A DNA stretch of 64,000 bases from positions 1,792,001 to 1,856,000 of the forward strand of contig OZ255842.1 in assembly GCA_965277805.1 (NCBI GenBank). The letters are read 5' to 3'. Position numbers and translations under genes: made by a program. The first letter of the stretch is position 1. The number at the start of each line of letters is the position of its first letter. Of the stretch, positions 56,071 to 64,000 are shown in pieces. A model generated the notes under the pieces. The model made no database searches. It was not told where the DNA came from and saw only the letters and a program-made list of their open reading frames with translations. Source of the stretch: Candidatus Lustribacter sp. GTDB lineage: Bacteria > Vulcanimicrobiota > Vulcanimicrobiia > Vulcanimicrobiales > Vulcanimicrobiaceae.

Positions 56071-56331
56071 TTAACGTTTCGGCGCTTGGCGGCCAGACTT
56101 TAGGCGGGCGGGCGAGGCGGCGGCTGCCGGCTGCGGGTCCGGCAGGGTCCCGGGGACGGCGGCCCGGTTGGCGCGCTGAATCTCCTGATAGACCTCGGTG
56201 CGGTGCACCGGAACCTCGCGGGGGGCCTGGATTCCCAGCTTGACGGTGTCGCGATCGATCGATACCACGACGATATGAACGTCGTCCCCGATCTCGATCG
56301 ACTGATTGAGCTTCCGGCTGAGGACCAGCAT
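56071..56331 (-). CDS. csrA: Carbon storage regulator
   Basis: [34 protein letters not shown] and a C-terminal extension (IQRANRAA). Start reassigned to 56331. Confidence 0.95.
   Translation of the reverse strand: MLVLSRKLNQSIEIGDDVHIVVVSIDRDTVKLGIQAPREVPVHRTEVYQEIQRANRAAVPGTLPDPQPAAAASPARLKSGRQAPKR
56076..56102 (-). promoter_or_regulatory. Sigma-28 promoter of fliC, inside the csrA 3' end
   Basis: TAAA-N15-GCCGAAAC. Confidence 0.82.
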
Positions 56332-56374
56332 GACCGTGCCTTCCGTGGCGTTGGATGAGGCTCCGGGTCTTCGG

Positions 56375-56902
56375 CTATTCCGGAACGGCCTCCGCTTGCG
56401 CCCGGCCCTCGGCGAGCGCCCGGGCATCGGCTTCCGCCTTCGCGACGGCCTCGGGGATCGGAATCTTCATCGCCACCGTGTAGCGAGTGCCCTCGAGCGG
56501 CACTTGGCGGGCCAGCCGGATCTTCAAGTTCACGACGATCGGGGCCATGAGGTTCATGAACGTCGGACCGCCGTCGGTACCGACCATGACGGCCAAAATC
56601 GTGAAGTCTTCGGGGTTTTCGAGTTGCAGCGAGAGCTTGGCGTAGCCCGGGATCTTGGGATCGTAGTCCGGGAAAAACACCCACGGGTCGCCGAGCGGGA
56701 TGGCGATGTTCTGGTCGTCGAGGCTCTGCAGCCAGAAGATCTGATCCTGCGTTTCGAGCTGCAGCACGACGAAATTGCGGAGTTCGTCGAAGCCCGGGAG
56801 TCCCCAAGGGAATACGAAGACATCCGCCTCTTTGAACGTGCACGGCCCAAAGCGCGGGAAGTCGATCGTCTTGACGGCGCTTTCGGCCGGCGCATTCACC
56901 AT
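56375..56902 (-). CDS. fliW: Flagellar assembly factor FliW
   Basis: [35 protein letters not shown] and RQV motifs. Confidence 0.93.
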   Translation of the reverse strand: MVNAPAESAVKTIDFPRFGPCTFKEADVFVFPWGLPGFDELRNFVVLQLETQDQIFWLQSLDDQNIAIPLGDPWVFFPDYDPKIPGYAKLSLQLENPEDFTILAVMVGTDGGPTFMNLMAPIVVNLKIRLARQVPLEGTRYTVAMKIPIPEAVAKAEADARALAEGRAQAEAVPE

Positions 56903-56918
56903 TGGACTCCTTCAGTAC

Positions 56919-58322
56919 CTAGAGATAGTCGATCAGCGTCTTGCCTTCGAGTCGCGTCGTGGTCGCGTACGCCCCTTGGAGGGCCGTCTGAACCAGCGTG
57001 AACTGCGACGTGGCCTGAGCGACGTTCGTGTCCTGGATCGTGGACTGTGTAGTTACATTATCGTTCGAAAGGACCTGAAGTTGAGACGAGGTGCCGGCCA
57101 GGTTCTGGATCTGTTGTCCGATTTGGGCCCGTGCGGAGAGCACCTGGTTGATCACGGCGTCGATATCGCCGATCTGTGTCGACAGGTTGCTCGTAACGCT
57201 AACCTGGTTCGGAATCTGGAACGCTTCGAGGAACGTCGAGGTGGTCGTGCCCGCGGTCGTGACCGGGGGATTCGAGGCGCCCGTGACGGGGCTCGGCACG
57301 TCGGAAACGAGGAACGGCGGGCTTCCGTTTGCGACGCTCGTGAGCTGCAGCCGCTGCGAGGCGACGTTCCACGTCGCGGTAACGCCGGTGGTGCCCGTTT
57401 GCGCGTTGATCATACCGACCACGCTGTTCAATGAATGCGCTGTGTCGTCGACCACATTATTGGCACCGAACGTGAATACGGTCGACGTGACGGCCCCGGT
57501 GGTCGTGTCGGTACCGTCGATCTCGATCGAATAGCTCGGCGGGACGGAGTTATCGGCCTTCAGCGGCACGGTGGTCATCGGGGCGGGCGGACCGGCGATT
57601 TGACCGAGCGTCGTTTGCGGCGCGGCGTCGCCGGCACCGGTAATCGTCTTGTTGCTGACGGTGATCGGCTGCTGGCTCTGAATCGACGCCGGTTCGTTAT
57701 CCATCGTGCTCTGCAGCGTCGCCAGCAGCGTGAAGACGCTGGGCGTACCGTTGGTCGAACCTTGGTTGAACGCCGCCTGCATCGTCGTTCCGACCTGAAC
57801 TTGCTGGCCGTTGATCAGCTCGGTGCGGGCTTGATTGTTGCCGGTGAACGCGACGCTGTTCGGCGGCGAACCGAGCGGCGTGATCGGCGGCGTGTTTGCG
57901 CTGCCCGTTCCCGCGAAGATGTACGTGTTGCCGTATTTCTGATTGGCCAGGCCCAAGGCTTGATTGAGCAGGCCCGAAATCTGCTTGCCGATCAGCGGCC
58001 GCTGCGCGCCGTTGGGGATGATGTCGGTGGCGCCTTCCACCGCGAGCGAACGCGCGGTTTGCAAGAGGCTGGTCAACGACGAGAGCGTGGAGTCGGTGAA
58101 CGTCAGTTCGTTCTGCGCCGCGACGGCGTTGGAGGCATCGCCGTTTTCCTGGTTGATCGTATTCGTCAGCGTGAGGTCTTGGGAAATCTGCGCCGGGTCG
58201 TCGCTCGGAACGTTCAGCGACTTGCCGGTCGAGAGATCCTGTCCGATCGACTGGTACTGCGCCGAAAGGCTGTCGATCGACGCCGTCTGATCGCTGTAGA
58301 TCGTGCTGGTAGCGATACGCAT
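56919..58322 (-). CDS. flgL: Hook-associated protein 3
   Basis: MRIAT, LSTGK....PSDDP, YIFAG and TLIDYL C-terminus. Confidence 0.92.
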   Translation of the reverse strand: MRIATSTIYSDQTASIDSLSAQYQSIGQDLSTGKSLNVPSDDPAQISQDLTLTNTINQENGDASNAVAAQNELTFTDSTLSSLTSLLQTARSLAVEGATDIIPNGAQRPLIGKQISGLLNQALGLANQKYGNTYIFAGTGSANTPPITPLGSPPNSVAFTGNNQARTELINGQQVQVGTTMQAAFNQGSTNGTPSVFTLLATLQSTMDNEPASIQSQQPITVSNKTITGAGDAAPQTTLGQIAGPPAPMTTVPLKADNSVPPSYSIEIDGTDTTTGAVTSTVFTFGANNVVDDTAHSLNSVVGMINAQTGTTGVTATWNVASQRLQLTSVANGSPPFLVSDVPSPVTGASNPPVTTAGTTTSTFLEAFQIPNQVSVTSNLSTQIGDIDAVINQVLSARAQIGQQIQNLAGTSSQLQVLSNDNVTTQSTIQDTNVAQATSQFTLVQTALQGAYATTTRLEGKTLIDYL

Positions 58323-58340
58323 TAGTGTGTTGCCTCCATG

Positions 58341-60491
58341 CTAGAATGTAGTCCCCGTGCCGAGATTGATCGCGTCTTCAAGCATCGAGCTCAGCACCGA
58401 GATGACGTGAGCCGCAGCGCCGTAGGCGTTTTGGAACTTCACCAGGTTTTGCGTTTCCTCGTCGACGTTGATGCCGTCGGTCGATTGCCGCACCGCGTTG
58501 ATGCTCGAAGACAGGCTCGTTTGCGTCGTGACGCCGGTGTTCGCAGTGGCCGAGTCGTGGCCCATCTGCGCGACGAGATTCGCATAGGACTGCTGCAACG
58601 GCGCCTGCTGCGCCGACGTGATCGAGTAGCCGGCAACGAGGTGCGCGTTCTTCGCGACGAACGAGATCGTGCCGGTGATGCGGTTGACGGCGGTGACGGT
58701 CACGTTTTCCTGCGCTGCCGTTCCGGCGTCGATCGTCAGCACGTCGCCGACGTTGAGTTGAGCGAACGCAGTCGGGCTGGCGGCGGGGGGATTGATCGTG
58801 ACGAGGCCCGGAGCCGCGATCACCGTCGGTGACGTGGTTTGGATCGCGGGCACGCCGTACGAGTTGGTGAACAGATTGAGCATCGACGTGACGAGGCCGC
58901 CGTTGGTGACGCCGATCGCGTTGGTCGCGTTCTGGTTGACGCCGTTGATGCCGTCGGCGCCGAGCGCGTCGAGCAAACCGGTCGCGGGCGTTCCCGGTAT
59001 CGGCTGCACGGCAGCTGAGGTAGCGTCCGTGAGCGTGAAGTCGGGCGTCGTCGTGCCGCCGGCAGCGGCCATCGCCGCGCGGTGCACGAGGTCGATGTTG
59101 TTCGGATCGCGCGTGAACACGATCGTCTGCGCCGTCGCGCTGTACGACGCGGTGACGCCGAAGTGACCGGCGTTGAACGAGTTGATGAAATCGTCGACCG
59201 AATCGCTGTTGCCGCCGGCAGCGGTGTTATAGGCGAAGTTCTGCGTGATGCCGTCGACCTTGATCGTCAGCGTTCCCGTGACGCCGCCGGCGGGCGGCGG
59301 ATTCGTAAGCGTTTGGTTGCCGTCCAGCTGCGCCGTCGTGTCGACCGTCGTGTTGCCGATGTTCAGAGGCTTCACGAGCGTTCCGGCGGCGGTCGTCGCG
59401 GCGGCGGTCGGCACTTCCGACGGCGTCAGGATGCCGACCTGGATGTTGCCCGCGCTGATCGGCAATTGCGAAACGACGGGCGAGAACAATTGCGCGCCGG
59501 CCGTACCGGTGGAGTCATACCCGGCCTGCGAAATGCGATCGGACTCGGTCGCGAGCGCGTTGGCGAAGTCGTTGAGCTGGTTCGAGTACGGGATCAGCTT
59601 GTTGTTGTACGTATCGAGCAGGCCGCCGAGCTGGCCGCCGGTGATGTTGATCGCGGGCGGGGTGACCGGAGTGGGCGGCGTGACGAAGTCCACTTGCAGT
59701 GCCGGCGTGCCGTTGGCATTGGTGCCGACGATCGGACTGGCCAAGTGGTAGGCTTCGGTATCGTTGACCAGCGCTTGTCCGTCGACCGTGACCAACGTCG
59801 AGCCGTCGGCTTGGACCGACGTGTTCGTCGGCAGATACGTGGATAGCGTATCGATCAGCTGATCGCGCTGATCTTTATACGTGTTCGGATTGTCACCCAC
59901 GGCGGTGGCCGCGCGAATCTGGCCGTTCAACGCGGCGATCTGGTCGATCGTCGAGTTGATCGTCGTAATCAGCGTCGTGGCTTGCGTTTGGGTCTGCGTT
60001 TCCGAACTCTGCAGCGCGGCGTTGGCGCTCGAGAGCGCCGTGACGAGCCCGTTGGCCGAGGTCAACACGCCCTGTTCTTCAGCCGTGCCCTGCGGATTGT
60101 TGGCCAGCGTTTGGATCGAGGTTTGAAAGGCTGAGAACGCCGTGTTGATGCCGTTGGCGGGCTCGCCGAAGCTCGACTGCAGCGAGCTCAGAATGCCGGC
60201 TTCGGAGGTATAGAAATTCTGCGACGAGGACGCACCGCGGAAGAGCGCATCGTACGAATCTTGGTGCACGCGCTGGATCGACGTGATGAGAACGCCGGTG
60301 CCCTGGGTGCCGGGCTCGAGCCCGACCGGGTACCCGGGAGCACCGTCGATCGGCGGGAGCTGCCCGATGTTCACGATCTGCCGTGACGCGCCGGGCGTTT
60401 GCACGTTCGCAATGTTTTGCGCGGTTACGTTTTCAGCTTCCTGAAACGTATCGAGCGCCGACCCTGCGATGTTCAGTCCTAAAAAGCTCAT
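58341..60491 (-). CDS. flgK: Hook-associated protein 1
   Basis: GLNIA.SAL, NIANVQTPG.SRQ, IAALN.QI, DQRDQL and GINVDEE..NLVKFQNAY motifs. Confidence 0.95.
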   Translation of the reverse strand: MSFLGLNIAGSALDTFQEAENVTAQNIANVQTPGASRQIVNIGQLPPIDGAPGYPVGLEPGTQGTGVLITSIQRVHQDSYDALFRGASSSQNFYTSEAGILSSLQSSFGEPANGINTAFSAFQTSIQTLANNPQGTAEEQGVLTSANGLVTALSSANAALQSSETQTQTQATTLITTINSTIDQIAALNGQIRAATAVGDNPNTYKDQRDQLIDTLSTYLPTNTSVQADGSTLVTVDGQALVNDTEAYHLASPIVGTNANGTPALQVDFVTPPTPVTPPAINITGGQLGGLLDTYNNKLIPYSNQLNDFANALATESDRISQAGYDSTGTAGAQLFSPVVSQLPISAGNIQVGILTPSEVPTAAATTAAGTLVKPLNIGNTTVDTTAQLDGNQTLTNPPPAGGVTGTLTIKVDGITQNFAYNTAAGGNSDSVDDFINSFNAGHFGVTASYSATAQTIVFTRDPNNIDLVHRAAMAAAGGTTTPDFTLTDATSAAVQPIPGTPATGLLDALGADGINGVNQNATNAIGVTNGGLVTSMLNLFTNSYGVPAIQTTSPTVIAAPGLVTINPPAASPTAFAQLNVGDVLTIDAGTAAQENVTVTAVNRITGTISFVAKNAHLVAGYSITSAQQAPLQQSYANLVAQMGHDSATANTGVTTQTSLSSSINAVRQSTDGINVDEETQNLVKFQNAYGAAAHVISVLSSMLEDAINLGTGTTF

Positions 60492-60967
60492 GCTTTGCGA
60501 CTCACGATCACGCTGGAGGTGCTCTTGGGTACGGTGCCGCGACGCTTATAGGTGCCGGTGGATTCCGTCATCGCGTCGTGGATCAGTTCGACGGTCTTGC
60601 GCAGCCGCTCCATGCCTGCCAGGATCAGCGCCTTGTTGTTGTTGACCGTAATCGCAAGCGAAATGCCCTTGATCGACATCTCGCGCGAAAGCTGTTGGAA
60701 CGGGCGCCGCATCGGGCCGGGCGCGTACGCGCACACTTGCTCGAGCGTGAGCTCACCGAAGCCGGCGACTTGCATCTGCAGCCGTTTGCGCCGCGCCTGC
60801 TGGTGCAGGATGCGGTGGCCTTCGAGCCGCCGTTCGCTGGCGTTGATCTTGTCGACGTCTTTCTGAACCAGCGCCTCGGTCATCGCGAGGGCAACGGTGT
60901 TCAGCTCGCCCAGAATCCGGCTCTCCTCCTGGAGGAGCACCCGGAAGCCATCCCAAGACGCGCTCAT
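60488..60967 (-). CDS. flgN: Flagellar export chaperone FlgN
   Basis: Helical ORF between flgM and flgK with N..N..LI and TY...G near the C-terminus. Alternative start 61000. Confidence 0.75.
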   Translation of the reverse strand: MSASWDGFRVLLQEESRILGELNTVALAMTEALVQKDVDKINASERRLEGHRILHQQARRKRLQMQVAGFGELTLEQVCAYAPGPMRRPFQQLSREMSIKGISLAITVNNNKALILAGMERLRKTVELIHDAMTESTGTYKRRGTVPKSTSSVIVSRKA

Positions 60968-61025
60968 GAGGATTCGCCCTTCTCCGAAGAGCGAATCCAC
61001 CTCGGCTCCGCCTCGTCACGTTGCC

Positions 61026-61334
61026 TTAAGCGGGCAACGCTTCCAGGACGAGCCGTCCCAGCAGCTTCTCGACGATCTGCTCTGAGGGCACGTAATACTT
61101 GCCCTGAGCGATGCGCTGCTGCAAATCTTTGACCAGGGCCTCGCGATACATCGGCTCCGCCGTCACGCTGGCCGCCATCTCGGCAAAGCTCGCCGCTTCC
61201 GACGAACCAACGTAGTCCACGTCCGGGATTGCATCCGTATCGTAAGAAACCGACTGGGCCGATTGCGCCTTTTTCTTGCGCATCGTCCGGTAGGCGGAAA
61301 CCGCCGATTCGATCTCGGCCCGGCTGATGATCAT
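61026..61334 (-). CDS. flgM: Anti-sigma-28 factor
   Basis: C-terminal REALVKDLQQRIAQGKYYVPSEQIVEKLL FlgM motif; upstream of flgN. Confidence 0.88.
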   Translation of the reverse strand: MIISRAEIESAVSAYRTMRKKKAQSAQSVSYDTDAIPDVDYVGSSEAASFAEMAASVTAEPMYREALVKDLQQRIAQGKYYVPSEQIVEKLLGRLVLEALPA

Positions 61335-61375
61335 GCCGCGAAAGCACCCCTTGCACTACGCCCTTGCTAGGGATA

Positions 61376-61403
61376 GTGTCGGAAGCTCGCATGGCCGACT
61401 TTA
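61376..61403 (-). promoter_or_regulatory. Sigma-28-type promoter of flgM-flgN-flgK-flgL
   Basis: (C)TAAA(G)-N16-TCCGACAC. Confidence 0.65.
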
Positions 61404-61409
61404 GCGCCA

Positions 61410-61811
61410 TTACCGTTCATCCTCATTCGTCGGGCTCGAGATCGAGGGCGGGGCGGTCATTCCTGCCGGAAGCTGCGGGGTCGTCATCGAGGCCGGCAGG
61501 TTCGGGACCGTCTGGGTGCCGGCCAGCACTTGGGCCCGGAGCTGGTTCTCGATCATTTTGGCAATGCCGAACGAGCCGGTCTGCGCGATCGCGTCGGACT
61601 GCTTGTCGGCGAGCATGTCCTGCCACATCGATTCGGCGTTGGATTGCTTGCCGAGAATGCCGTCCTTGGGCACCGTGCTCTGCATCTCTTTATAGAGCAT
61701 CCCGACGAACACGCCTTCGAGCTGGGTCGCCGCGGCGTGCAGCTTCTTCAGCGCGGCCTGCTGGTCGGCGGTGAGCGGAGGCGACGGCGGGAGAGCTTTG
61801 AGCGGATCCAT
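61410..61811 (-). CDS. flgJ: Single-domain FlgJ (rod-binding) protein
   Basis: L..AATQLEGVFV..LYKEM.STVP and WQDML...GIAKMI..QL; no muramidase domain. Confidence 0.85.
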   Translation of the reverse strand: MDPLKALPPSPPLTADQQAALKKLHAAATQLEGVFVGMLYKEMQSTVPKDGILGKQSNAESMWQDMLADKQSDAIAQTGSFGIAKMIENQLRAQVLAGTQTVPNLPASMTTPQLPAGMTAPPSISSPTNEDER

Positions 61812-62944
61812 CAGATGATATCGATATCGGCTTGGAGGGAACCCGATTCGCGCAACGTCTGCACGATCGAGATCAAGTCACGCGGCGAGACGCCGATCGT
61901 GTTCAAGGCGCGAACGACCTGGCTTAGCGTACCGGCGCCGCTGATGTAGATCAGCTTGCGGCCGCTCTCCGACGTCTTAACCGTCGTGTTGGTCTGCGTC
62001 ACGGTCGGCGCGTTCGAGAACGGACCGGCCGGCACGGCGGTGTTCTGGGTCGCGATCGTGATCGAGAGGTTGCCGTGCGCGATCGCGACGGGCGCGAGCG
62101 TGATGTCGCCGCCCATGACGATCGTTCCGGTACGTTCGTTGATCACGACCTTGGCGAGCTGATCCGCATCGATCTTCAAATCGCCGGCGTCGGCGAGAAA
62201 CGAGACCGGATCGTTCACGTAGTGCGTGGGCAATATCACGCGGATCGTCGCCGCGTCGAGCGCATGCGCCGTACCGCCGCCGAAGCGCTTGTTGAGCGCG
62301 GCCACCGCGTGCGCCGCGGTCTTGTAGTCGGGGGTCGAGAGCACGTACGACAGACCGCTCGGATCCTGTTGCAGGTTCGTGATCATGTCGCGCGCGATGA
62401 CCGCCCCTTGCGGCACGCGTCCGGCAGTGACGAAATTCTTCGAGATCGAGTTGCCGGTGCCGGTGTCGGCCGAGAAGCCGCCGACCGAGATCGGTCCTTG
62501 CGCGGTTGCGTAGACGAGGTTGTTGGGACCGCGCAGCTCGGTGAGCACCAGCGTTCCGCCCTGCAGCGTGGTCGAATCGCCGAGCGCCGAGACGAGCACG
62601 TCGGCGTTGTCGCCGGAGTGCGCGAAGGGCGGCAGCTTCGCCGTCACCATGACGGCCGCGACATCGCGGGTGCGCACGTCGGTCGACGATGTCGAAAGGC
62701 CGAACGTCTGCAAGATGTTCTGAATCGTCTTGCTCGTGAAGAGCACCGAGGTCGAATCACCGGTCTGGTTGAGGCCGACCACGATGCCGTAGCCGATCAG
62801 CTGGTTCGCGGTGACGCCTTGCACGTTGGCGATGTCTTTGAGCAGCACGCCCTGCGCCGACACGCGCGCCGGCAGCGCGACGAGCAGCGCCAGCATCGCG
62901 AGCGTGAGGACGGCGGCGAGGTTACGCTTCATCGTCGCCATCAT
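61811..62944 (-). CDS. flgI: Flagellar P-ring protein
   Basis: LKDIA, NQLIGYGIVVGL..TGD, VAAVMVTA.LPPFA, KVVINERTGTIV and VAIAHGNL motifs. Confidence 0.96.
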   Translation of the reverse strand: MMATMKRNLAAVLTLAMLALLVALPARVSAQGVLLKDIANVQGVTANQLIGYGIVVGLNQTGDSTSVLFTSKTIQNILQTFGLSTSSTDVRTRDVAAVMVTAKLPPFAHSGDNADVLVSALGDSTTLQGGTLVLTELRGPNNLVYATAQGPISVGGFSADTGTGNSISKNFVTAGRVPQGAVIARDMITNLQQDPSGLSYVLSTPDYKTAAHAVAALNKRFGGGTAHALDAATIRVILPTHYVNDPVSFLADAGDLKIDADQLAKVVINERTGTIVMGGDITLAPVAIAHGNLSITIATQNTAVPAGPFSNAPTVTQTNTTVKTSESGRKLIYISGAGTLSQVVRALNTIGVSPRDLISIVQTLRESGSLQADIDII

Positions 62945-63543
62945 CCGAAAAAGAACCCGATGATTTTTTGCAAGATGCCCCGGTTCTTCTCTTGGGTGTC
63001 GATGCCGCTGAACTTCGCATCGATGTTTGCAACCAGCGAGGAGAGCACGCTATCGGTGTTGTCGATGTCCTCGCCGCGGATCGTGCCGGTGACGTGCAGC
63101 GCTTGCGGCACGCCGTTGATCGTCAGCTTTTGATCGCCGGCGACTTGCATCGCGCCGCTCGGCAGCACGTTCGTTACGACGGCCGTCATCGAGCTCGTGA
63201 AGGTCTGCACGATCGTTTGCGTCTTGGCAAGGCCGGTGTTGCTGCCGGCGCCGAGGCTGCCGGGAAGCCGCAAGATCGGCAGGTTGAAGAGTCCCGTGCC
63301 GCCCGCGATCGTGTTGCTGTAGGTGTTGGCCGTCGTCGATGCGTCCGAGTTATTGGCGCTGCCGTTGAAGTTGAAGACGATGTGAACCAAGTCGCCGACT
63401 TGCGTGGCGCGGTGATCGGCACCGAGGTGCATCGGATGACCGGGAGCCGCCGCCGGTGGACCGGCAACGTAGAGCGTGTCGGCGGCCGCGGGACCGGCCA
63501 GAGCCAGCACCGCAGCGGCGACGAGCGACGCCTGCTTGATCAT
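62941..63543 (-). CDS. flgH: Flagellar L-ring protein
   Basis: D.RA..VGDLV.I, VTNVLPSG and G.IR.EDI...SV.S..VAN motifs; between flgA and flgI. Confidence 0.9.
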   Translation of the reverse strand: MIKQASLVAAAVLALAGPAAADTLYVAGPPAAAPGHPMHLGADHRATQVGDLVHIVFNFNGSANNSDASTTANTYSNTIAGGTGLFNLPILRLPGSLGAGSNTGLAKTQTIVQTFTSSMTAVVTNVLPSGAMQVAGDQKLTINGVPQALHVTGTIRGEDIDNTDSVLSSLVANIDAKFSGIDTQEKNRGILQKIIGFFFG

Positions 63544-64000
63544 TCGGCTTCTTCTCCTTCGGGGAGGGTGAGTTCGACGCGGTTCGGACCAGTGACGGTT
63601 CCGGAGAGAATGCGATTGGTCTGCGAGTTGTACACGGTGACCGACTCGCCGAGGCCGCCGCCGGTTCGCGCGATCACATCAGCTGTGAGCGCGACGGGGC
63701 CATCGTGAACGACGAGAATCGCGCCCGCACCGGCCTTGACCAGTTCGTTGACCGAGGTCTGCTCGACGAAGATCTGCTGGCCGCGCGGCGTTGCGACGCG
63801 AACCTTGCGGCCCACCAGCGACGCGATGTCGACCGACGGACGGCCGTTCGAGAGCACGCGCGCGAGCGTTAGATCGTCGGCAGCAAGCAGCGCGCCCGGG
63901 GTGAGATCGTGCGCGGCCACCGCGGTGTGAATGTACTGCTGCACGCGATAACCGCTGGTGACGGTCTTCGCAACGCGGCCGTCGACCACGAGCTGCACCG
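63540..64000 (-). CDS. flgA: P-ring formation chaperone FlgA (5' end outside window)
   Basis: SAF-like segment, LVKAG and G..GESVTVYNSQTNRILSGTV..P..V motifs. Confidence 0.88.
   Translation of the reverse strand, partial: VQLVVDGRVAKTVTSGYRVQQYIHTAVAAHDLTPGALLAADDLTLARVLSNGRPSVDIASLVGRKVRVATPRGQQIFVEQTSVNELVKAGAGAILVVHDGPVALTADVIARTGGGLGESVTVYNSQTNRILSGTVTGPNRVELTLPEGEEAE

Noticed and set aside
1-64000. Prophage, IS, integron, CRISPR, tRNA/rRNA or anti-phage defence system
   Set aside because: No integrase, transposase, nuclease, cas or structural RNA signature was recognised by eye. Small RNAs could have been missed without covariance-model searches.

Overview
High-GC bacterial chromosomal window. 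From left to right it holds a few metabolic genes (partial acyl-CoA ligase, crotonase, APC permease, ComB-like phosphatase), the conserved rpsB-tsf-pyrH-frr-uppS-cdsA-dxr-rseP-ispG housekeeping cluster, and a flagellar locus (flgA-flgH-flgI-flgJ-flgM-flgN-flgK-flgL-fliW-csrA-fliC, then three glycosyltransferase-like genes, then flaG-fliD-fliS-fliT-like). The housekeeping cluster is split between dxr and rseP by about 16.6 kb of sugar-biosynthesis and glycosyltransferase genes, and a second sugar block fills 29-45 kb. The strongest signal is a set of sigma-28 (FliA/SigD)-type promoter motifs, TAAA-N15/16-GCCGA. They precede fliC, flaG, flgM and the flagellin-adjacent glycosyltransferase, and also the distant sugar operons, which suggests one large dispersed flagellar glycosylation system. 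That system includes an unusual 10-gene operon: cysteine-depleted NifU-like protein, radical SAM, SIS isomerase, reversed-order HldE-like fusion, orphan TPP E1 alpha/beta pair, two DegT aminotransferases and two SDRs. It also includes an apparently unnamed ~100-aa domain that occurs both stand-alone and fused. L/P-ring genes together with FliW/CsrA point to a diderm Terrabacteria-type organism; Eremiobacterota/Vulcanimicrobiota is a tentative guess, not verified. No rRNA, tRNA, CRISPR array, integrase or transposase was seen. All calls come from reading motifs by eye; no database searches were run.
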